Below the pieces are notes generated by a model. The model saw only the letters and a program-made list of their open reading frames with translations. It did no database searches and was not told where the DNA came from. This document shows, piece by piece, positions 22,567 to 35,300 of a stretch of 64,000 bases of DNA. The stretch lies in assembly GCF_002571385.2 (NCBI RefSeq), contig NW_019217900.1, positions 258,159 to 322,158 of the forward strand, given 5' to 3'. The stretch's first letter is position 1; each line of letters starts with the position of its first letter. A program made the position numbers and the translations under genes. This DNA is from Stylophora pistillata. Taxonomy: Eukaryota.

Positions 22567-23109
22567 TTAGTTCATGTTCGATTTACCGTCCTTGAGTCCA
22601 TGCATCGCATCTGCTTGTAAACATTCTCTCATTTTTTCTCTTCCCTTGCGAAGAGATTCGAAGTGGTCCGTTCTAAATGACGCATAAAGCGCCTCGTTGA
22701 TTTCTCGTGCCTTCAGCGCATTTTCACACACAACTGCATGGCATTCGACATGGTTCTTCGAAACATGATGGTTGAAAGCAAAGATGTTGTTGTCTTTTTC
22801 ATTGATAAAGCCATAGGAATTATTCCTTAGAGGAATAAATGTCAATAGAATATCTTGCTCTCGTTTTCGCCACACGAAACTAACTCCTTTTCCACTCATT
22901 TTGATGAAGTTCGTTTGAGTTGTAGTTCTGTTATCTTTTTGGCCTCCAGTTCTCTTAATTTCTTCCACAGCAGCTTGGATTCCTGCAACTCCTTCTCGTG
23001 AATTTAGACAGAATCCCAAATAACTGACACGAAATGAAGACTCTTGGAGAATAGTGCACGAATCACTTCGAAGTCCTAAGCCCCCAATTTTCTCTTTTAA
23101 TGTTTCCAT
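22567..23109 (-). CDS. Intronless PTB/PID-domain protein 2, 180 aa (closest paralog of 19087-19830)
   Basis: FRVSYLG, GVAGI..AV, IFAFNHH, VECHAVVC, LYASFR.DHF..LR are shared with the neighbouring gene. Confidence 0.85.
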   Translation of the reverse strand: METLKEKIGGLGLRSDSCTILQESSFRVSYLGFCLNSREGVAGIQAAVEEIKRTGGQKDNRTTTQTNFIKMSGKGVSFVWRKREQDILLTFIPLRNNSYGFINEKDNNIFAFNHHVSKNHVECHAVVCENALKAREINEALYASFRTDHFESLRKGREKMRECLQADAMHGLKDGKSNMN

Positions 23110-24067
23110 TTAAAAGCTGATTTTCTAAGCTCGGTCACAGAGGCCACAGCGAACGAAGAAAATGCCAGAGTGAATTAAAGAGGGGGAGCAGTTTTTAAAA
23201 TTTCCTCCTACTGCTATGAAATTTAAGACGAACGTAGTTTTTGATGTTCTGCCAAAACAAATAATGAGAAATTATAATTATTAGAATTGCAAATTTGCGG
23301 GAATTTTTACACACGAATTTATGTCGGTACAGAAATGTGGTAAATGACATAAACATCTTGTTTATGGATTTAAATAGATCGGCTACAGGTTTTGACATAT
23401 TTTTAAAATTAACTTCGTCTTTTGCATTTGAAAAGCAGTTCTTTTGTCATGCACAATCAATTTTAACATAAAGAACTCGTGTCCGGTTTTCATTACCTTT
23501 AGATAAAGAAATTAGATAGATTAGCCCACTTGCAGAGTGGAAGATAAGAAAGAGATCTTACGAAACATTGATTTGATACTTTTTGGTAAACCAAATCTAT
23601 GGAAAAAACTGCGCGTTCCTATTTTTTGCTTTCGATCATTTTCAGCCATTCAGACCATCAAGAAAATGATGCTATCTCTTTATATCATTCAAAGCAGGTA
23701 CAGAGCTACTCGATCAAGGAAACCCGTGAGACAATCAAGGGGAAAATTAGCTGGAATCACTAGGGTACACTGTCGTGAAACCAAATAATGCTCCTTGTCG
23801 AGATTGACATGGCAACGCAACCCCCTTTTTTGCCCGTCTTAATGTGAAATCTTATTGGACAGTTGCTCTCGCATTGTTCTTTATTTCTGATGAATAATTA
23901 CGTTTTAAAAACTGTCAACAGCTGTTTTATTGACATTCCATAATAACGAATTCGATTTAAGATTGTAATTTTGACACTACGAAGTAGCCCTCCATCAACC
24001 GGGGAATTATTTCGCAGTTTGCCATGACGGATGAAGTGGAAAGAGCTCACGTTTTAACAGTTTTCTT

Positions 24068-24619
24068 ATGGGTGTTATGAAATCAAAACAACAAAATTCT
24101 GAGACTAAATCGAACGAGGAGAAAACAAAACGTAACATGGTTAAAAGATTAAGTCTGAAAAGTTTTAGAAAAGAATACGAGCTGAAACCTTTCAGGAGTT
24201 TTATCGTTCGGTTCGCAGGGAAAGTAGAGAGAAAAAACCCAGGCGGCGAAAACATCGACGAATGTCTGAAGAAATTGTACAGGAAAGTGCAAGATAATAT
24301 TAATGGATTACCACGAGTTTGTATGGAAATTAGCTCTGCAGATGTTAAGATTCGATGGATTCAAGGTGAAAGCGAAGATCAAGAAGAAATAGAAGTGCCA
24401 TTTACTCGAGTGTCTTTCATTGTGGCCGATAAAAAACACCAACTTTTCGCTTTCAATGACTTCGTTTCCCAGAAACCGAAAAAAGTTGAGTGTTATGCTT
24501 TCATTTGCACTGAGTCGGAGAAGTCTGATGTAGTAGCGAACGCTTTCTCAGAAGCGTTCAAAGAAGTCCATGAAAGGCCAAGGAGAGGGTCAGGCCACGA
24601 CGCAAATTCAAAAGCTTGA
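24068..24619 (+). CDS. Intronless PTB/PID-domain protein 3, 183 aa
   Basis: FIVRFAG, RVSFIVAD, LFAFN, VECYAFIC, AFSEAF. N-terminus MGVMKSK. Confidence 0.8.
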   Translation: MGVMKSKQQNSETKSNEEKTKRNMVKRLSLKSFRKEYELKPFRSFIVRFAGKVERKNPGGENIDECLKKLYRKVQDNINGLPRVCMEISSADVKIRWIQGESEDQEEIEVPFTRVSFIVADKKHQLFAFNDFVSQKPKKVECYAFICTESEKSDVVANAFSEAFKEVHERPRRGSGHDANSKA

Positions 24620-25867
24620 GAGGAAGTATTAGGACTTGCAGTTGACAAAAGAGATTAGGACTTAGTCTAGTTTGCAAGAAGCGCTGTTAAGAGAGCATGT
24701 TTTGGTTCGCTTGTGAAAGCGTGAATTTGCACAAGGAAACAAAACAATTCCGTACACAAACTGGTAATTAATTGCACTCAAGCCATGATCACTCAGTTGA
24801 TCTTAAAAAGAAGCAAGAAAAGGCATAAACATTTTTTCTGTGAATATTTAATAGAAAAACCTTGGTAGCCTGTGTTTTGTTGAGTTTGAGTTTTTTTTCT
24901 GAAAGGTTAGAATTGCATAAACAGCTCTTGGACACACAAGACATAGTAATTTATTCAAAAAGTTTAAACGAAAAACACGACCATCACACGGGACTATGAG
25001 TGGCTTTAAGGAAGAGATAAACTTCCTTAACGCGCTGGGTAGACTACTTCAGAAAACATTTTATCATTAAATGAGCGTCCTCAGAGAAAGGAAATCGCTG
25101 TAGACTAACAATGAGTACATTAGAAGTGAACGAAATATTGTACGTAAGTAATTTGCACAAGACTTGTTGATTGACAAAGATCCTTGACATTTTCACCTTC
25201 TTCGGTCATCAAGATATTTTGATAGAGACAAAGTGGACTGTATTTAGTAAAAGATTTGCGAATATGTTCAACTGATACCGAGAAGACTCTCAAAATTTTT
25301 CTGTTGTAGCCACGCATGTCCGAGAAAAGAAAGACAAAGAGGGTCTTGAGGAAGTAGTTGTTTGTGACTTCCTTAAAATCTGGAGCTGAAATAAGGATTC
25401 TTTGAGTTTTCGCTCTCATATCATTAAACAGTGATTCTGTTTTAACCGTTTCTTTTATTTTAACGAAGCTGGGCATTGGGTATATATAGCACAACAGTAC
25501 GTAGTTACTTCTTCAAATTCAGTGAATTGAATTGGAGACGTAACAAATGCAAACGCGGGGAGGCACAGGAAAACGCGAGTAAATTAGTCAATATTAGTTT
25601 TACATCTGATCGCTCAAGTTGCATAGCGTAAGTTTTCTGGAACAAAACGGAGAACAACTAACACATTCTCGCTTTACTTTTGAGACTCCTTTGAAAATTA
25701 CCCCTACGTTGGAGACGTTGCCCTTGGCTTCTGTAGCTCTTTTGTTTCGATTGATGTGGTGGGGTTTCAGCGGAGGCCGCTACAACACGGGCATCCCGCA
25801 GAAGTAAGCGGGTCACCCGGGGGCAGCCTGTTACCCCGGAAAAAATTGATAGTGACACTAGCCACAG

Positions 25868-25918
<51 letters not shown>

Positions 25919-28900
25919 ATTAATAAAGAAAACATCAAATGTATTGTAGTTCTGCATAACTACCATCCTTGTGGGTGTGTACGTGAAGCTTTATCATAAT
26001 TTTTTTTGGTTTTTAACAATAACTGATGTTTGAGTATCTTATATATGCGATAATTGTCCCGAATGACCTAATTCAATCGTAGTTAAGGAAAGGAACTTGC
26101 AAAAACATAACATACGCTACGGTAGTTAACAGGCCAAAGCGCTAACACTTTTAACGCATGCGCTCCAGGTACTCTAGCCGAGGGAAATACAAAAGAAGAT
26201 TTTGACACCTTTTTGTCGGTTTTGAAAGTATAAGAAGATTAAGCCAATATTATTCACCACACAAAACATACAAACAAACCCACACGATATTAGGAAAAGG
26301 GATCTGATCCAATTTTAGCTTCAGTCCGTATAGTACCGCGGCAGGGGTCACTGATATTCCAAAATAAGATCAGTTCCAGACAGTGGAAAGGATGCGTCTA
26401 AATGAGCGGACCAGAGTTGCCTTTCTTTTCGGTTAATTTCTGTTAATTCTTTTTGTGTGTGTCTGTGTGCGTGTACGTGCAAGTAAGAGAGAAGTTTACT
26501 AAACAAGAGCATTCAAGAAAATAAAATAGTCTTTTGTTTTAATTCCAACACATTATCTATATATCTCTAAGGCGGCATTCGTTTCAGAACTGAAAATCGA
26601 CTTCAGAAGGGAAAAGTGAACTACAGAAAATTTGAAAAACAGTGACGTAAACTCGAATGACCAAAACCAGGGTAATTTTTGGTTGCGTTAGTCTTATTTG
26701 GAGTGCACTTCTTTGTTATGCCATAACATTTTGTTGCTTCGAGTCCGACAATGACAACGATGGTGATTTCGCCGGATGGTTCTTAAGCAGTCACACTCAG
26801 TACCTATGTGCTTGAGAAACGAAATCAGCCAACCACAGCATGCCTTGCTTAATGAACACAACACCTGAGAGAAAGCACTAGATAAAGAGTGGAAACTTAT
26901 TCAGTTGGTTAAACACGACGGTGCTTGGTAACATGAGCTGGTTTCAACCAATCAAATTTCAATTAAAAACTTCTCAAATGAGACAAGATCGTTCGTCAAT
27001 ACGATGTTGGTTTGTCTAACATGGCATCTTATAAGAAGGTTCAAGAAATTTCTCTCAGTTCTCGCCGATTTGTCCATGGAGATGTTCCAATGTTCCGGTC
27101 ATTTGCACATGCCCAACATTGCCGTATTCTTCGTTGTCCGTTCCAAAAAAATACTTTTGTAAACTTAGCATATGATGACGCAACGGAAGGCAAGCGGTTT
27201 TAAAGTTCAACGATTCGACCTTTCAGAACAAAACAGTTTTCCATTTGAAATTTGTTTGTTTGTTTGGCTGTTGTTTAGGACTCTGCAGAACAATTTCCAT
27301 CGTGAGAAGCCATGTCAAATGGGCATAACACTTGGATGATGTACGACTTGAAATGACTGTTCCATTTACAACATTTTAGTACGATAATAACAACAATAAT
27401 TATAAAAAAAAGTTTCTTCAAATTCTTAGACTCTGAGTATTGAAAATGTGTATTAACATTTCCTCAACGAGTAAAGTTACCGTGGGAAAATTCACCCCTC
27501 CTAATCTCAAAATAATAATTTGTAAAAAGACATTTTAGTTCCTGAATTAAAAGGATCAATTTTGTGCCCACGCTGTAGTTACAAATTGTATACCCGTCTC
27601 TGGGTAATTACAAGATTATCCTTCTAGATCACGAAACAGCTCTGAATTCCTAATGCTCTTTTACCTCTGACGTATAACCTGCGAGTATCGAAAGAGAAAC
27701 TCCACATTCTAGGAAGATTTTTCAAGGAGAAATCAAATAATAACTATTGTTGCGAATCTTACTCTTTTCTTCAGCAGGAAAGTGTGACAAACAGCAACTG
27801 TGATGACGTAAACAAACTGGTCTGAAAGGTCGTGACGATGCGGCTGAGTGGTTTGAAAGAAAAAAACTCAATATTCCATCATTTGAATTTACTTTTTGCA
27901 TCACTATCTTTGTCTAGATAATTCTGTAAACTGGGCAGGATTTTTCTTTCGTGAAGTCATTCTGGAAACAGAGCATTGCAGAAATGTATCGTTGAAAGAC
28001 ATCTCAGTTTGCTACTGCAGACTCTTTCTAAACCTCAGACAAGGATTTGTGACAGCACAAGCATCGTACATCAGTAAGTTTCTTTATGGAAGATAAAAAT
28101 TGTTTCAAGATTTTCCATACTAATTTAACCACAATTCCTTTGGTATCCAACCCTTTTTCAAATATCAAGGGCTTCATCAATGAGATTCATACACTTTTTA
28201 TAAGAAAACTGCAAAGCTTTTAGAATATAGATTATAGTTTTCTTTAGAACTCTTATCTAACTTGTAAATCTACCTAATTTCTGCTCTTAAGACTGAAGCT
28301 GCTATTCAAACATTATTAGCTTGAAATTTTTCCTAAGGATGAGCTAAGGCCTAATATCACTCTCATTCAAGCTCCAATTTATTCAGTTTGCATTTACACG
28401 GAATGGCGACTGTCTGAATTCGTCGCTAAGTCCGAGAGACGTCTATCGTTAACATCCTTAGCGCGACAAATAATCACCTAACCCTCTCCACCCCTGTTAT
28501 TACTCTTTGTCTCCTCGGAAGTCACACTATGATGCCCTGTTATTTTAATTAATTTATACGTATTTTTGGTGTAAAAGGATTAGGAGGGCGAGACCTCTTT
28601 GCATTTTTAGTCGCTAACTTTTGTTACGTGTAACAGAGGAAGAATAGAATCGAGCAAACGGAAAAAAATTCAGTCAGAAAACCAAAAACGAAATTTGGAG
28701 CAGAGAATTCTTGCCAAAAATAGTTCCTTTAAATTCAAATGAACACTAAGACCATGGCACCCTTAAAACGTAAATATGTAAAGCACATTTATGGAAATGT
28801 ATTGAACTGTAAAAAATTAATCCCTGGATATCGATCGGTTTCACTATGTTTAATTTCGAACATTTTTTTTTTTTTTACTCCAGCAGCAGCAAAAGGAACT

Positions 28901-29361
28901 GTATCAATAATTCAGCACAGCTACGGGGTAACAGCATGCAATTTGATCAATTTCCAGACAGATTTTTTATTTTTTTCTGAAGCAGGAAAGAAGTGGTAGT
29001 AACTATATATTGTATCCTTGAAATTTTGATTGTCGCTCCGGCCTTAGCGGCAATATCGTGACGGAAAACCCATTAACTGTGCTCTCATCCTCCATATAAG
29101 GAGGCGTCAATTGATATTTGTCACTTTCATATTCCCTGTGGACCGTTTGGAAGCCATTGAAGTGCATTCGAGCAAATCTTGCTGCACCTAACGCATGTAA
29201 ATTAGTTGTGTACATATTTCTGACCAGCATTCTAAATCGACATTGTTTTCACGGGTATCTTATCTTGTCAAATATGTAGAGAGGGTGTGTACGGAGCCAA
29301 CCAAGGAAGCCTGAAAAAAGAATTTGTGTTTAAGAGGGGCGAAAAAAAAGATTTCAGTGAT

Positions 29362-32300
29362 ATGACTTCCCTTATCGAACGCGAACAAGCAAGTTTAAAG
29401 AGTCCCAGAAGTCCCGGTCGACCGACTAGTGGGCAGTTTAGCTTCAAGGGATCTCTATACGTGGCTAATAATGAGAAAGATTGGATCGAAATTCAGAAGA
29501 ACACGTTTACAAATTGGTGCAACGTTCAAATCCAACCTTACGGTGTACAAATTACGAGTGATTTAGCTGAGGCGTTTAAAGATGGACTTTCTCTTGTATA
29601 CCTGGTTGAATCGATTTCTACGAAGAAAGTTGGTCGATACAACAAGAACCCTAAGCTGTACGCACAGAAACTCGAAAATATCACCAGCGCACTGAAGTTA
29701 CTCCAGAACGACGGGATAAAGTTGGTAAACATTGGTAAGCCATTAAATTATTTCGTGACAGTGGTGTGCACACAGACATGCTAGACGACAACCGTGCGAC
29801 GTTTTTATTTACCTTTTATGTTCTCGATATGTCCTTTAATATACGCAGACAAGTTTAAGTAAATATAACGGTGCATCGAGAATCATTAGGAACAACACAG
29901 CTTAAAGATAAATAAAAACGATATCTTAAAAGATACGAATCTGAACGAAAGCTGTTACTAAAAGTTTCCGCACAAGTTTCTAGTTACAAGGCAAAAGGTC
30001 TCAGAAATCACGCAAAAATAACACGATTCCTCGCACAGCTGAATTTGTTTTTATCACGGAATGCTCATAGCTGGTTGAATTAAGATACAGCAGTTTACTC
30101 CGGACGTGAATATGTCGAACGCATTGTACACAAGTTTCGAAGCCTTTGGCTAGATGTTTGCCAAATATTGCACAGGCATCGAATGCACGCAAATTGAAAT
30201 CGAAAATAGGTTGTGTTAACGGCTAGGGAGCTTCGAACCTATAGAGTACCCTATAGAAGTTTGAATCGGCCATGAAGCCTACTGAAATACGCTTAAAACG
30301 TTCGTTTGCGAAGCGACTCTGTAAAATATTTATAATATCGGTCTACCAGTTTCAAAGATAGTAATGTTTACGTATAATTCTTAACCCATATTTTTTAATT
30401 TTCCCCGCAATTAATTCACAAAAGACCACGACCTTCACTTAGAAAAAGACAATAACAATGACGAATTTCAAATTTTTAACTCAGAGGGCGGTGAGAAAAA
30501 TAAAAGATTATTTTTGCGCCGTGTCTTCGTTTTTCGAAGCATCGATTTCATTCTCTATTTTCCGTTGCATTCATTGTTTTTCTGGCCCGTTTTTATTTTA
30601 CGATAAAAAAAAAAATTGACTTCGACCTTAAACATGAAAAGAACGACGATTCTTTTTGTCAGATTACTAATGCTTCAAGCATTCATGAAGATTCCACGAT
30701 ATGGCCGATCGTCAATTGTGTTTACTTCAAGAATCGATTTCCACAGCTCACATTTTTGTTGAATATCATAACGACGTGACACTGGTTCAGACGAACTCCA
30801 ATCTATCCAATGACAGACAATTTAACATCACTTGATCCCTTTTGTCTCAACGCACGTACAGACAGTAAAAAACTCTTCCAACACTGTTATAAGTTTTTTT
30901 TTCTTTTTCTTTTTGCTATTTTATACCGCTAAATAAACGTGAGAGAATGCGGCAGTCCGTTAAGCAAACCCCAACTTTCGTTTAGTCTTTGTCAGTTACT
31001 GAAATTAGTACATTTTTCAACAAATGCGCCATACCGTCAAATATATATTGCACCACATAGGGTTTAATAATATTGGCTTTCCAAATTCGCCCCTTTTTGC
31101 TTTGCAAATCACTCCAATCAGGCCTCCCGTACTTTTTTTAACGCAATACAACACCACAGAAAATTGAACGTTTAACCCTCTCTTCCCAAATATTTCCTAT
31201 AGCCTCTTATTTCACGATTTTAATAGAAGTAGCCTCTCGTTCAAAACAAATAAAACGTTACTTTTTCCTTGCCTGTGTAAGAGTCTTTTCCGTTTCCTGT
31301 TAGCCAATCTGAATAAGCGTGAGATACGCAAAAAGCGCACGTAGACACAGACCTTAATTTTTTTGCGCGCATGCACCAGAGTTTGTTTGCGTGATTCCCG
31401 CTTCGTTCATGATTCTCTTGCCAGGGAAACGAAAAGATTGATACCTGGGGAAACTCTCTTCCTTCGGAAGTATAATTGATACGATTTGACGCTATACTCT
31501 CGGTGGTCTCTCGACGCGGTGGAAGAGAAAAGAGATATCGATTTATATCCGATCCCTATTTTCATAAACTGCATAAGAATATGTCAATATACTTAGTCTT
31601 AGGAACTAAGAATAAGTCATTATCAATAAACCGTTAAATAGGTATAAGGAAAAAAAATACGAGTTTACCTTCCCGCATTGTTTTCCAGGGAACGAGGACA
31701 TTGCCAATGGGAACGTGAAACTAATTCTCGGTCTGATATGGAGGCTAATCCTACACTATCAGATCAGTTCAAGTGGTAGCGCCTCAGGCAAGCAGTTACT
31801 GTTGTTATGGTTAAAAAATGCGATCCCTGACATGGAAATCCGGAATGTGACAACGGACTGGAACGATGGCAGAGCTTTGAGCGCCCTCAACGAATTCTGC
31901 CAACCAGGCTTATGTCCAAACTATAAGAGTCTAAACCCAGATGCAAAACTGTCGAACACAAGTGACGCCATGGACGCTGCCGAAAAAAACTTCAGCATCC
32001 CAAAAGTTCTTTCTCCGGAATTCTTCGTCAATCCATTTGTAGACGAATTGAGTATGATGACGTATCTGTCGTATTACACACAGCCGGGATCCATCGGAGA
32101 AAAACGAACGCTGCAATTCATCAATGATTCGGCACCAGGCTTGAACGTGCGAAATTTCAACACCGATTGGAATGATGGGAGGAAATTGTTGCAGTTTCTT
32201 GAAGCTCAGTGCCCTGGGATCGTCCCGGGGTACGAAGATATCGATCGGAATAGTCCGTTAGAAAACGCTAAGCTAGGGTTGGACATCGCGGAGGAGAAAT

Positions 32301-35300
32301 TCGGAATAAGAAAAGTGTTAACCCCGGAGGAACTTGTCAGTCCCGATGTGGACGAGCTCAGCATTATGGCATATATGTTGCAGTTTCGTACCGCTGATAA
32401 GCTACAAAGTCATGCGCACATCTTCAAGGCGGACGGCAACGGAATTAAGCGGGGAGTTCGTGGGAAAACCTCTGAGTTTTTCATATACGGTCGTAAAGAT
32501 ATCGGTTTTGATGGGGTACGTGTCAATATCCGAGGCCCGGGCGATGAGGATTCCGTGCCAGTTGAAACACAAGTTGAAGCAGACGGGTCTCTCCGATGCA
32601 AATTTGTTCCCCTTGAAAGCGGCATTCACACGATCTCTGTAAAGCACAACGGTAAAGAAGTCCCTAAAGGCCCTTTCCAAGTGATGGTGCACGAGAACGT
32701 GGCAGATGTTACGGTTTCTGGCGGGGGAATCAAGAATGCCGTCGTATTCAAACCGGCAGAGTTCGTTGTTCAAACCAATGACGAGAACTCGCCCCCGGTG
32801 ACGGCGGTAGTGGAAGGACCCACCAAAACAGCGAACTGCAATATGGAACACTTGGGAAATGGAAAGTGGCGGGGTTATTTTGTACCGCGAGAAGTGGGGG
32901 AGCACAAGATTCGTATCGAAGTCGGAGACACACCCCTGCTCGGAAGTCCCTTTACAACTAAAGTAGGAGATCCGACCAAGTGCAGTGTGGCTGGGAACGG
33001 TGAGTGGTGCTACCTATCAATGTCGTCACGCAAAGGTTTGTTACTCCAGAAATTATCATGTCACACAAAGAACACAGCTACGTGACATGTACGCGATTTA
33101 CGTTGTTTGGCAAGAGTCATTTAGTTACTCAAACATTTTGCTTTTCTTCCCGCAGAAACTGCCCGGAATCCGACAATAGGACGTCCTGCCTCCTTCGACG
33201 TTGATACTTCCGGGGCGGGCCTGGGGGAACTGGCTATCCAATGCCGGGGTCCCATAGGGAATGTCCCTGTCGACGTGAGACCCACTGCACCTGGGCGGTA
33301 CAATGTATCGTTTATTCCTAACAAGCCCGGGGAGTATAACATTCACTTCGTATTCAACGGAGATGATATACCAGGAAGTCCAGTCAAAGCGGTAGTGAGT
33401 GATCCCAGCCGGATTGTTGCGCACGGAGATGGTTTACATCAGGTGCCACATGAAATTATGTTTGTTTATTATCATTTCCCTTTCCTCACGTGGGATTTGA
33501 CGGCAAAAACCAAGTTCTTCCCACTCATCTCTGACACGCGCAACAAAAGCTAAGTCTATCCGAGGTCTAAAGAACTTCGCGTCTTTCTTGCAGCACTTTT
33601 TTAATCGAGTGTCAAAAGCAACTCGAGAATGTATTTGTTTAGACTTTAGTTTCCGACTGATCTCGAAAACGTGCGCAAACCTCTCCACCAATCAGATGCA
33701 AATCTCAGAGACTGGTTACTTGGCCAATCGCTCTCTTCCGCGCTTCGAGCAGTTTGCTTGTGTTAACTTTGAGTTCTTGTTGGCTTCCAATCATATTCAC
33801 TCTTGTTCTAGTTTTGGGCTGACAACAATTTATCTAAAGCCCTAACTGACACACAAAAAAATTGCGAATTATTTATCTGTATCTATGTATCCTCTTACAA
33901 TTTTAGGTGACTACTGACTCGGAGGCAGAATTCTTTATCACACTTCATGGCGCCGGTGATGGAGAACTGAAGGTGTATGGCGAGGCTCCATATGGACACT
34001 TTCCTGTAGATCTGCTACAGTCCCCTAAAGAAAAGGACACCTACATTGTGCGGTACACTCCCCAGGGGGTGGGTCTGCACAAAATACATATCAACTTTGC
34101 TGGGGAACCAGTTCAGGGAAGCCCGTACATAGTGAAGGTGAGAAACATGACGTCACATCTCCCCCTCTCATACTCATGCGCAGTTTAATGTTCTACATAT
34201 CTTGAATTTTGTTTTTCATCAGGTGGCGGACCCCAGACAAGTCACTCTGGATACACGTGAGTTAGAACGCGAACCTAAGCGCTTTACTGTCCGCCATGAG
34301 GTGGACATACCCGTGCAGGTTCCTAGCTCTGCTGGAGAGGGCCAACTAGAGGCTGCTGTTGTGGGCCCTGACCAAGAAAGTGTTCCTTCTAGCGTGACAA
34401 AGGATGACGATGGTTATTATCATATCCGGTTTGTACCTCGTCAAACTGGAGAACACAGAGTGATGGTCATGTATGGTGGCAAGGAAGTGTCCAGTAGTCC
34501 ATACGTCATCCGCATCCGGGACGCCACTAGTATGAAGGTCAAGGTCACCGAGATGGAGCAGATGAGGACTGGTTACTCAGCTCAAAAAGAGGTTCGTGTT
34601 ATTTCGTTTCTCTGACGTTCACTAGTGATGAAATATCTTCTAACCGTTTTGTTTTATCCTCATGTTTAGGTTGACGTTCCTATCGAAGTTCCAGAAGAAG
34701 TTGATGAGATTTCTGCCTCCGTCCAAGACGAAGATGGCAAACCTATAAAGTCAACGTTGACCTTTGAACCAGACGGGTTATACCACGTGAGGTAAGAGCA
34801 GAGCATTTGCGTGACGTTGATCGTGTCAAGGGCTTGCACGCCATTTTAAAAGAATTCTTTGTGACGCAGAAAAAAAAAAGAACAACTAGCTTATCCAATT
34901 GATTTCAGGTTTGTTCCGTACAAACCCGGCCGTTATACTGTAGATGTGCGCTGTGGAGGACAGTCCATAGAGAACAGCCCCTTCGTTATGAAAATCTCCG
35001 AAGCTGAGACAGTGTCGGTAAAACTGAAAGAGTTTGAGAAACAGGTAACCCACTGATTCGTTATCCTCCATCCGGTGTTTTTGCCCTTTGAATTCTAAAT
35101 AACTTTTGGTGTGAGACGAGCTGAGTTCGAGGCGAGGAGTAACCAGCCTCGAACTGGAGAGAATTATTAGGCATGAATTAATGACGTTCTTTTCACCCTT
35201 CCCCTGACAGGAGGGAGTAAGCTATCACGTGGGATATGAGGTAGACGTACCGATGGAGATACCATCTGAAGTGGATGAAGTGTCGGCGGTGATTTATGAC

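Noticed and set aside
32402-32905. 167-aa antisense ORF and similar shadow ORFs over filamin, HSPA12, DDX3 and the PTB exons
   Set aside because: Expected by-products of codon structure on the coding strand.
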